The notes under the pieces were generated by a model, which was not told where the DNA came from, did no database searches, and saw only the letters and a program-made list of their open reading frames with translations. 20,000 bases of DNA from an uncultured virus (IMG/VR IMGVR_UViG_2877800095_000002) (lineage: Duplodnaviria; Heunggongvirae; Uroviricota; Caudoviricetes): the IMG/VR virus record IMGVR_UViG_2877800095_000002; one strand, given 5' to 3'. Positions within the stretch are counted from its first letter, which is position 1, and the number at the start of each line of letters is the position of its first letter. Below, piece by piece: positions 8,587 to 16,901 of the stretch. Made by a program: the position numbers and the translations under genes.

Positions 8587-9792
8587 CTACCGACTTGGGA
8601 ACTGCAAAACTGCCGAGCCTTTCTTTTCGTCGGAGGTGGATTTATTTTGTTCCTTCTGCCTCAGGCGAATATCTACAACCCTATCTTTATCGTCTGCAGA
8701 AAAATACCCCGAAGGCAAACAGCAAAGCTCTTCAAGGATACTAGTTGGAACTCCTAGAACGTCTCTCAAGGCATTTTTAGAGAGTATCTTATGCTCAATA
8801 AGCATCATGACACTCCTCTTAAGAAGCTTGGGGGTCTCAAACTCAAACTCTTCGTCCAACGGCTCTTTTTTAACCCACCCCCTGGCCGATCTAGCCTTCC
8901 ACAGCCGAAGAGTAACTTCAGGACTTGATATCTCCAAGTCCTGGCTTCTCTTTATCATCGCTGCAATGGAAACCTTCCATCGAGGCTTGAGAGAGAGAAA
9001 AGCATCCAAGGTTGGCCACTTTATCTCATTAGAAAAGCTCTCGGCCGGCATCAGAAATGCGCTAGCAAATCTATGTGCCTGAGATTCAAGTAGGTGATAA
9101 TTTGCCTTGTACTCGTCGGCACCTATTCCTCGATGAAGAACCAGGTGACCTAGCTCATGCGCAGCATCAAATCTGCTTCTAGCTGGAGCAGCCTTGTCAG
9201 AAGCCAGCAAAATATACGGCCTGTTGTCTACATCAGACCACCGAGAAACGCCATCCATTTTCACGTAGCCGATTTCCGATCTGGCTACTACGGCGCCATA
9301 GCTCTCCAGAACATGGACTACATCAGAGATAGGCCCCCTGCCCAGCCCCCACCTGTCTCGACACTCTTCCGCTAAATGCTCAATCTCGCAATCTTGGATC
9401 AGCCGGACGTCGCCACCATCATAGGCGGGGATATTGATATCCGGGAACTCAAGGCTTTCTTGGAGTTTATATGAAACTTCTTCAACCCATTCAAGCCTAG
9501 CTTCGGCGGAATCTTTTGCTCCTCGACAAGTGGATACTTGGGATCGGAAGAACCCAGGTCTAGTAACTCCGGACCTAATTGGCGATTCAAGCAGCCATTT
9601 TTCTGGAACACCAAACGTCTCACAAATCTTCTTGAAGCTAGAAGACTCAGGAAAGCTATCCCCCTTCTCCCACTTCGAGATATTACTGGTGGAGCAAGAA
9701 AGAAGCTCGGCAAGCTTGGCTTGAGTCATCCCAGTAGACGCGCGCAATTGTTTTAGGCGTGCTGACTGAAATCCTAAAATACCTGTTCGCAT
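8587..9792 (-). CDS. XRE-family HTH fused to ImmA/IrrE (peptidase M78) zinc metallopeptidase (401 aa); putative antitoxin/regulator
   Basis: N-terminal HTH (RLKQLR..GMTQAKLAELL...ISKWEKG); HExxH motif RFDAAHELGHLVLH; downstream ESQAHRFASAFLMP. Confidence 0.92.
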   Translation of the reverse strand: MRTGILGFQSARLKQLRASTGMTQAKLAELLSCSTSNISKWEKGDSFPESSSFKKICETFGVPEKWLLESPIRSGVTRPGFFRSQVSTCRGAKDSAEARLEWVEEVSYKLQESLEFPDINIPAYDGGDVRLIQDCEIEHLAEECRDRWGLGRGPISDVVHVLESYGAVVARSEIGYVKMDGVSRWSDVDNRPYILLASDKAAPARSRFDAAHELGHLVLHRGIGADEYKANYHLLESQAHRFASAFLMPAESFSNEIKWPTLDAFLSLKPRWKVSIAAMIKRSQDLEISSPEVTLRLWKARSARGWVKKEPLDEEFEFETPKLLKRSVMMLIEHKILSKNALRDVLGVPTSILEELCCLPSGYFSADDKDRVVDIRLRQKEQNKSTSDEKKGSAVLQFPSR

Positions 9793-9813
9793 AACCTGCT
9801 GCCTCTATTAATC

Positions 9814-10476
9814 TCACTCTTGATTATCTGCCTCATTGCCCTCATCTTCGCGCATGCGCTGACGAAGCTTAGGCCATACTCCATCGAAATCAGTGGGGCT
9901 AGCCGCTTCATTATATCCAGCCATAAAGTCACTCATACTTTGCCATACATGATAATGGCTGGTGCTGCTGTAATAAGGAACAGCAATCAATATATCCAAC
10001 GGCCTGGACTGATCCATGTGGGGGGAGGGTGAAAAAGGAATAATTACAGCATTCAAAGTATCGTCTGCCGAAAGAGGCTCAGAATTCTCATCAAGGAGAC
10101 TCATTTGTGGTGAGGTGAGAAATTTATTTAATCGAGAGTTATTCAGTCTGTACTTCGCAGGCCTGACTGTCTTTTTCCATGGCTTGATGGCAGCAGTGAT
10201 TTTTATGTTTCCCATAGTCATGAGAGTATAAAACTCACCCGCAGGCTGAGTAGTAGTCACTGAGGAAGACCACGTCCTAGACAGGCCCGCTAACCCGTCT
10301 TGAAGAAAACTATATCGGTCTTGGGCGCGCTTGCGACCTTTAGGTATGTTGACCAACTCGCCAGCAGCTTGGTGAGCCTTCTGAAATGCTTGCGGGATGA
10401 TCGTAAGGATCTCTTCAAAATGCCCGCGCGGTACCTGGTTGCGGATAAAGGTCAAAATCTCATCTTGAGTCTTCAT
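9814..10476 (-). CDS. Hypothetical protein co-transcribed with HTH-ImmA; putative toxin (220 aa)
   Basis: GGAG RBS 5 nt before ATG 10476 (ORF track starts at GTG 10482). 21-nt gap to the peptidase gene; same low-GC composition. Confidence 0.78.
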   Translation of the reverse strand: MKTQDEILTFIRNQVPRGHFEEILTIIPQAFQKAHQAAGELVNIPKGRKRAQDRYSFLQDGLAGLSRTWSSSVTTTQPAGEFYTLMTMGNIKITAAIKPWKKTVRPAKYRLNNSRLNKFLTSPQMSLLDENSEPLSADDTLNAVIIPFSPSPHMDQSRPLDILIAVPYYSSTSHYHVWQSMSDFMAGYNEAASPTDFDGVWPKLRQRMREDEGNEADNQE

Positions 10477-10512
10477 TGACACTCCGAAATCGCCAATATT
10501 CCTAAAGCGGAT

Positions 10513-10541
10513 TTTATAGCTTATTTTTTTCCTTTTGACCA
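10513..10541 (-). promoter_or_regulatory. Putative sigma70 promoter of the two-gene cassette
   Basis: Minus strand TGGTCA-17 nt-TATAAA, 36 nt upstream of ATG 10476. Confidence 0.5.
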
Positions 10542-10577
10542 GAGTCTCGCCCGACGAAATCGAGGGATCCGGATCCC

Positions 10578-10604
10578 AAAAAATGCCCGCACCCGCGGGG
10601 CTTT
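10578..10604 (-). terminator. Possible intrinsic terminator upstream of the cassette promoter
   Basis: Minus strand GCCCCGC-GGGT-GCGGGC then ATTTTTT; the stem has one bulge. Confidence 0.4.
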
Positions 10605-10618
10605 AATGAGTGGTCACC

Positions 10619-10648
10619 TCCACACCCTGCCAGTCCACACCCTGCCAG
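10619..10648 (+). repeat. Perfect 15-bp tandem duplication TCCACACCCTGCCAG x2
   Basis: Read directly at 10619-10633 and 10634-10648. Confidence 0.9.
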
Positions 10649-10657
10649 GGCTAGGCT

Positions 10658-10723
10658 TTGGCGACATTCGGGCATGAAGTGAAGCTGATTGCTCCGTATT
10701 TCGTACGCCCTTTCGTCAAGGGC
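10658..10723 (+). pseudogene. IS110-family transposase fragment
   Basis: LATFGHEVKLIAPYFVRPFVKG matches the conserved GHEV.LI.P..V.PFVK segment of the IS110 DEDD domain. The rest of the gene is absent. Confidence 0.72.
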
Positions 10724-10760
10724 GTGGGAGTCTCCGGCGAACGAGCGGGCCGGAACCAGG

Positions 10761-10776
10761 CTGCGTGGATATACAG
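10761..10776. promoter_or_regulatory. Putative LexA (SOS) box
   Basis: CTGCGTGGATATACAG fits CTG-N10-CAG; minus strand reads CTGTATATCCACGCAG. Lies upstream, on the minus strand, of the SRAP remnant. Confidence 0.6.
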
Positions 10777-10869
10777 TCATCCGGGGGAGGCGACGAGTGG
10801 AAAGCTGGTCGGAGGAGAAGCGGTCGTGTCAGTGGAGGGACTGGTAAAAAATGCTCGCCCTGGAAGGTC

Positions 10870-10920
10870 TTGCTACGAATTTGCTACAGCAAATTGAATT
10901 TGTTTCGTAACTATATGATT
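10870..10920. other. Phage arm of the att site: TTGCTAC direct repeats and an IHF-like site
   Basis: TTGCTAC at 10870-10876 and 10881-10887. Minus strand AATCATATAGTTA at 10908-10920 resembles WATCAANNNNTTR. Adjacent to the crossover. Confidence 0.5.
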
Positions 10921-10937
10921 TTATTAGGTAATTTTTT

Positions 10938-11018
10938 CTAGTTTGACCGATCCATCATCGGCGCAACGGAGAAGCGGCGGGAGAGGGCGGCGGGGGCGTT
11001 GGTCGGTTCTGGGCGCAT
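10938..11018 (-). pseudogene. dusA: Displaced 5' end of dusA (tRNA-dihydrouridine synthase A), containing the prophage attachment core at about 10950-10970
   Basis: Translates MRPEPTNAPAALSRRFSVAPMMD then RSN-stop instead of the conserved WTDRHCR. The 5' end of dusA is an established integration site of dusA-associated integrases. Not listed in the ORF track (too short). Confidence 0.88.
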
Positions 11019-11255
11019 CGGGACTTCGGCAGGGAGAGCGGAGCAGGGCGAGGGATTTTATCAGGGATGGGGGGTGGCGGGGGCTTGGGAGTGGTTGTTC
11101 CTCGTTTATGGGCCCACAAGATGGAACCTACCGGCTCCTTTCTGCGGCAGCGGTGCGGCTCGACATCTCCTGGCCAGTTGTTCTGCCGCCTGTAGTGGTC
11201 TACTGATCCCGGACACCGATTTAGGCGAGAATCCTCGCCGTGAGAGAGGTGTCTG

Positions 11256-12418
<1,163 letters not shown>

Positions 12419-12583
12419 CCACTACAGCCGGCCAGCCAGCAGGAGTCGCCGGCATGGATGATGGGGCCATTCACCCAGCATCTCCTTCGACGGATCTTGC
12501 CTATCTCGCAGCCGACATCCACCAGTGCGCCTTAGAACTCTCGGCTTTCAGAGGGGAGAACAGGCTACTTCGTCTTTAGGAAA

Positions 12584-12612
12584 ATTCTCAATTGAATTGA
12601 TAATCATTCGTG
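12584..12612 (+). promoter_or_regulatory. Fur-box-like site upstream of the toxin gene
   Basis: TGATAATCATT core at 12598-12608 (12/19 to GATAATGATAATCATTATC over 12593-12611), plus an ATTCTCA half-site at 12584-12590. Confidence 0.45.
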
Positions 12613-12654
12613 TTTAACGTGTTGTGAAATACGATGCAAGTAGGGGAATGAGAA

Positions 12655-14127
12655 ATGAGTAAGGCACCTCTAAATCTAGTTTCTACTACGATCTACGGCG
12701 ACAACACCTCTATAGATGGGCTTGGAGATCCTGCTGGAGGTGGCACTGGAAAGGGAAGGCGTGTTCCTGGTGTCGAGGCTAGCGAACGTCCATTTCTACA
12801 AGTCATGCAGGAAGAGTCAATTATTCGTAGTGGTATTGAGAAAGATGGATACCCAGAGGTCAAGAAGAAAATAGAGAGTAAGATGAGGTCCGCTGCTGCC
12901 AAAGCGCGCAAGGCAGCGAGAGATAAATATAGTACGGCACTGGAGAAGCTGGTTGGTGAGGTTTCGGGCTTCCTAAGTTTCATTGACTCCCAATTTGGCC
13001 TTATGGAGGAAAAAATTGCTGAAGGTAGTAAGTCGTACGGCTCGAATCCTATCTACATGGTTGCGGATTTTTCTACGCGTGAGCTGATGAAGGCACGTGA
13101 AGAGGCGAAGAGAACAAATGATAACTCTTCGTATGTGGCGTTCTGGGATAACATGTCTAAAAGTTATAAGGCTATCTATGAGGGGAAAGCGTACTCTGAA
13201 AGTATCAAGAAGGTAGGGGAAGATTTTGATAGTCTAGCGCTTCAGATGTTAGATTCAACGGCTGCTTCCTTGAGTGATGACCTGGCGGTTGTTCTTAGGA
13301 GAGTTAGTGCTCAAGGTGCTATTTTTGATCAGCAAAGAGATATTCTTCTTCGTGAGTTGCCCAAGGATTTGCGGGGAAGAGTCCAGGTAAAAGCTGGTGA
13401 TATCTCTAAAGATACGCGTTTGAATGGTGTGAATAGACTGCGAAGGGCTGCTCAACAGATTTCCGAGGAAAGTAAGGTCGCTGCTGTTGGTTATAAGTAC
13501 AGGTTTGCCAATGGAAATATAACTCCTCCGCTGAGTTCAATGGAAATTGATGAGCTAAATGTTCTGGTTGTAAAGCAGGAGACGACAGATATAGGGAAGA
13601 AGTGGCTCGACTACCATCAGGCAACGCTGAACTCCGAGAATGCTAGGGTTGCAAGTGATTTTGCTAATGAAATCGGCCGACTCGCTGATTACATAAAACG
13701 GTCGGAGTCTCTTGGGGGACAGGCGCAAGCAAGAATCGATGTTAAGAAAGGTATCCCGCAAAGCCCGCCTGGTGTGGATGTTGTTAGTAACATGGAGCTT
13801 TCCAAAAAGCAGAGAGGGATTCTTAAGAGCAATGTACTAGTGCTGTCATGGTTCTATGGTCAGGTTAAAAATAATAGTCCATGGGACTACAAGCAGCAAG
13901 GTGCACAGTATGAGGCTTTCGGAAACTTCAATTACGGTGCTACGGGCGCTGCCGCGGGATTGTCGGAGCAGATTTTATTGAGAGCGGCAGGTGCTGCTCA
14001 GACTCTAGCAGGAACCTCTGATAAAGATTTTGGGGCTTGGTGGGCGGGGACTCCGTATGGCGACGATCCCGTTGATCAGATATGGATTAAGGCGGGAATA
14101 GACTATGCGAAGTCGAAAGGGTACTAA
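12655..14127 (+). CDS. Pyocin/bacteriocin-like polymorphic toxin with C-terminal Ntox44 (polymorphic toxin type 44) domain (490 aa)
   Basis: C-terminus has WDYK, FGNFNYGA and YGDDPVDQ (the DxK, GNxxxG, DxxxD signature of Ntox44). Gly-rich, likely unstructured N-terminus and a long helical middle. No signal peptide, PAAR, Rhs or VgrG features. Confidence 0.8.
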   Translation: MSKAPLNLVSTTIYGDNTSIDGLGDPAGGGTGKGRRVPGVEASERPFLQVMQEESIIRSGIEKDGYPEVKKKIESKMRSAAAKARKAARDKYSTALEKLVGEVSGFLSFIDSQFGLMEEKIAEGSKSYGSNPIYMVADFSTRELMKAREEAKRTNDNSSYVAFWDNMSKSYKAIYEGKAYSESIKKVGEDFDSLALQMLDSTAASLSDDLAVVLRRVSAQGAIFDQQRDILLRELPKDLRGRVQVKAGDISKDTRLNGVNRLRRAAQQISEESKVAAVGYKYRFANGNITPPLSSMEIDELNVLVVKQETTDIGKKWLDYHQATLNSENARVASDFANEIGRLADYIKRSESLGGQAQARIDVKKGIPQSPPGVDVVSNMELSKKQRGILKSNVLVLSWFYGQVKNNSPWDYKQQGAQYEAFGNFNYGATGAAAGLSEQILLRAAGAAQTLAGTSDKDFGAWWAGTPYGDDPVDQIWIKAGIDYAKSKGY

Positions 14128-14533
14128 TTTTGCTCTGATAGGGCTCTCGTGTTTGGCTCTGGGGCTGTTTGGTTATATATATTTCACTTCGCCAAGTATG
14201 CCTTCTCCAACAAGGATTGTCTCTGTTAAAGTGGTTGGAAATGGCGGGGCTATATACGAGGTCCTGTATGACTCTGGTGGGGCTACAGTTCCGTTTGTCT
14301 ATCGCTATTTTTTGATGGAGTTCCAGACTGATGATGCTGAGGCTCTGAAGAAGCTGAGAGGTGCAGAGCCCTTTCTGGTAACGAAGAGTCCTAATGCTGT
14401 GCGTGAAATTCATGGTGATCGAGCAGATTTGTATGTCACGGATACTATCTATAAATATAGGAGTCAGGGATTCTTTATTATCGAAGGGCGACTGGTACCC
14501 ATTAGGTTCAACCTGAAGGCTACCATGCCTTGA
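14105..14533 (+). CDS. Putative immunity protein with N-terminal membrane anchor (142 aa)
   Basis: 23-nt overlap with the toxin 3' end. Basic N-terminus, then TM helix FALIGLSCLALGLFGYIYF, then a beta-rich domain with GGATVPFVYRY. Confidence 0.72.
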   Translation: MRSRKGTNFALIGLSCLALGLFGYIYFTSPSMPSPTRIVSVKVVGNGGAIYEVLYDSGGATVPFVYRYFLMEFQTDDAEALKKLRGAEPFLVTKSPNAVREIHGDRADLYVTDTIYKYRSQGFFIIEGRLVPIRFNLKATMP

Positions 14534-14599
14534 CAAATGAAGCGCCGTCACCGCAGGGATGGGAGTGTGGTGGCGAAGTTTTTGTGCTTTAGGATGCAG

Positions 14600-14902
14600 C
14601 AGTCTCTGGTCACATAGGAGTTCCAACACCTCTGCTGGACACCATTCCCTGCCTGCTGAAAGCGCGACTCCCATTATGCGTAGCCGGTCGAGTATCGTTG
14701 CCTGTGCCATATCGTCGGTGGCGAGCAATTCCAACTGTCTACCATGGGCGTCCGAGAACCCAAGACCTTCCAGCGAGGCTCGTATACTGTTAGCCAATCG
14801 CTCGATGCGGATGACATCCCCATCAGCCTTCTTGACATAGGCTGCCACCGTTTTTCAGTCACTGACAAAACCTCCGTAATATAGTGCTTACACCTGGTAC
14901 AT
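14600..14902 (-). pseudogene. Decayed hypothetical gene with two in-frame stops and a probably lost 3' end
   Basis: GGAG RBS, ATG at 14902, MYQV*ALYYGGFVSD*KTVAAYVKK...SAGREWCPAEV. Stops at 14888-14890 and 14855-14857. The frame then runs antisense into the immunity gene. 3' limit is approximate. Confidence 0.55.
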
Positions 14903-15183
14903 CTGGATACTCTCCGAAGAGACTGGCGTGGCCTCAATGCGCGCGGGACCCACTCTTCCGGATGTGCACGTTTCCCGAGCCTGGCCTGCCAGACAACGCC
15001 GGTCCTAACGCCTGGAGGTCTGCGTAGGCGTAGAACCAACGAGGGCCGGCGGGCTGTGGCGGCTCCTGGCCCTGCTGGCGCGTCTTTGCGGGTCCTAGTC
15101 CATTTGAAATATTGCGATCCTGGCATGGGCCAGTAAGATGGGCCGTTCGACGACCCGCACCAGCCTCTATCAAGGATCGATAC

Positions 15184-16224
15184 ATGAGACTGTCCCGCCC
15201 GCGTTTTACCCTTTCCGCCGCCTTGCTGCTTTCTCTTTCCCTTTCCGGTTGCGTGTCGGAACTCGATTCGGGCGCCTATGGCAGCATGGACGATCCGCGC
15301 AACGCGCAGATGCTGGACCTGGTGGACCAGGCGCTGAAAGGGAACATGGCCGTGGTACTGGTGGCCGACGTGATGCCGCACAAGTCCCTGAGCGATGCGC
15401 TGACCATGACCCAGTGGACGCCAACGGCGATCTGGGAGTACGAGAAGGACCCGAAGGTGACCTTCGGCCGCAAGTTCCAGACCAACGCGCTGCAGCGGAA
15501 GCCCGACGAGACCTATCTGTTCAAGGCCTTCGAGGTGCATATCCTGCCGCCCGGCAAGTACCTGCTGACCGGCGGCGACGACTACCAGATCCATGGCTTG
15601 CTCGACCAGGTCGGCGCCCGCGGCGGTCCGCCCGGTTCGGGCCATGGCGCCAACGGCACCGCGTACCTGTCCCCCGAGCTGTATCGCGAGTACTACCGGG
15701 AAGAAGTCTGGAAAGATGCCACCTATGGCAGCGAGATCAAGACCGAGAAGGTCTGCACCGCCGTGCATGTGGCCTCGGGCGCCTGCGTGAGCTGGGGCGA
15801 GCAGCAATACACGCAGACGACCCAGGGCTCCCAGGCCGGCTATTACCAGCAGACCGACTCCCGCGACGTACCTTCGATCAAGATCCAGGCACGCTTGCCG
15901 GTCGACAAGGCGCTGGCCAGCTTCAGCGTGCAGGGCGGGCAATTGCTGCTGGCCCCGCGCATGCACCTGAAGACCCCCGGCTACAAGTACCAGCAGTCGA
16001 AGTGCCGGGCGATCGATCCGAAGAAGATCGAATGCCCATTGGAAAACCTGACCGTCTACACCTGGCCGGCGCCGATGGACTTCAGCCAGTCCCTGATCGC
16101 CCAGCGGGCCCTGAGCGACAAGCACCGGCAACTGCTGTCCAGGCTGCAGCCCCTGCAGATCACACCGCTGCGCAAGCAGGGCATGGAAGACCCGGTCTGG
16201 GGCGTGCCGCTGTCATTGAAATAG
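15184..16224 (+). CDS. Lipoprotein of unknown function (346 aa), core-genome-like
   Basis: AAGGA RBS before ATG 15184; lipobox LSG/C; strong host codon bias. Confidence 0.85.
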   Translation: MRLSRPRFTLSAALLLSLSLSGCVSELDSGAYGSMDDPRNAQMLDLVDQALKGNMAVVLVADVMPHKSLSDALTMTQWTPTAIWEYEKDPKVTFGRKFQTNALQRKPDETYLFKAFEVHILPPGKYLLTGGDDYQIHGLLDQVGARGGPPGSGHGANGTAYLSPELYREYYREEVWKDATYGSEIKTEKVCTAVHVASGACVSWGEQQYTQTTQGSQAGYYQQTDSRDVPSIKIQARLPVDKALASFSVQGGQLLLAPRMHLKTPGYKYQQSKCRAIDPKKIECPLENLTVYTWPAPMDFSQSLIAQRALSDKHRQLLSRLQPLQITPLRKQGMEDPVWGVPLSLK

Positions 16225-16304
16225 CGGGTGTTCGCTCAGGGGCGCGCCGGGTGCCGCCCCTATCCACGATCGGCAGGGAAGCATTTCCCCACAAGGAAGG
16301 TGAC

Positions 16305-16901
16305 ATGAACGTCTATCGCAAGGTTTCCCGCAGTGCCGTGACTTGGCTGTGCTCCGCGCTGCTGGCCGCATCCGGCCATGCCTGGGCCGAAGACTGGTGG
16401 GTGGTACACAAGGGCGACGACCCTGCCGAGCTTGACGTGTTCCTGGCCGATGCCGATTCGCTGGCACCGGTGCCGGGTATCGAAAACGCCTGGCAGGTGC
16501 AGATCGCCATGCTGTTCGACTCTTTCCATCTGCTCAGCGCGCATCAGTACCGCTGCGATACGCGAGAGGTGAAGGTGGTCAACGCCAAGACCTTCTCCAA
16601 CAACGGGCAACCCACGGACCTCCAGTTCACCTTCGCCAAGGGCTGGACCCCGCTGCCCAACGAAAGCCATGAGGCTGTCCTCCAGTTCATCTGCGCGCCG
16701 CAGCAACGCGAACGCAACGGCATGCGCTCCACCGGCAGGGGCGTGCCATTGCAGGCGGTGATCACCGCCGTCGGCATGGTCGAGATGGAGCGCGCCCAGG
16801 CCAATCTCGCCGAGGCCCGGCGCAAGCTCGAAGAGGCCAAGAGCGATCGCGTCATGGGCGAACTCGATCGTCTGCTCGGCAACGAGCCCCGGAAGCCCTG
16901 A
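16305..16901 (+). CDS. Exported protein (198 aa), possibly surface-adhesin-E-like fold
   Basis: AAGGAAGG RBS; signal peptide ending AWA/E; two Cys (YRCD, QFIC); C-terminal coiled coil. Confidence 0.8.
   Translation: MNVYRKVSRSAVTWLCSALLAASGHAWAEDWWVVHKGDDPAELDVFLADADSLAPVPGIENAWQVQIAMLFDSFHLLSAHQYRCDTREVKVVNAKTFSNNGQPTDLQFTFAKGWTPLPNESHEAVLQFICAPQQRERNGMRSTGRGVPLQAVITAVGMVEMERAQANLAEARRKLEEAKSDRVMGELDRLLGNEPRKP

Larger units (their letters stand above)
1..10952. mobile_element. Right end of a lambdoid prophage integrated in the 5' end of dusA (left part lies outside the window)
   Basis: Tail tip J, tail fibre, GH19 endolysin, Rz/Rz1-like spanins, then accessory genes. Ends where a DusA N-terminal peptide (RRFSVAPMMD) is interrupted. 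Confidence 0.88.

Noticed and set aside
8360..9082. 240-aa plus-strand ORF
   Set aside because: Ser-rich antisense shadow of the HTH-ImmA gene.
8587..9792. HTH-ImmA as the prophage immunity repressor/antirepressor
   Set aside because: Located beyond the lysis genes in a low-GC cassette rather than in an immunity region, and paired with an unknown gene. Not fully excluded.
10900..11190. tRNA or tmRNA gene as the integration target
   Set aside because: No cloverleaf, T-loop or CCA-ending pattern seen; the junction is explained by dusA.
14087..14848. 253-aa minus-strand ORF as an intact gene
   Set aside because: Only the first ~85 codons look like the decayed gene; the rest is antisense to the immunity gene.
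14674..16131. 485-aa minus-strand ORF
   Set aside because: Antisense shadow of the 346-aa lipoprotein.
15138..16901. 587-aa plus-strand ORF as one protein
   Set aside because: First 389 codons are an Arg/Pro-rich off-frame overlap of the lipoprotein. The real gene starts at 16305 with an RBS and signal peptide.
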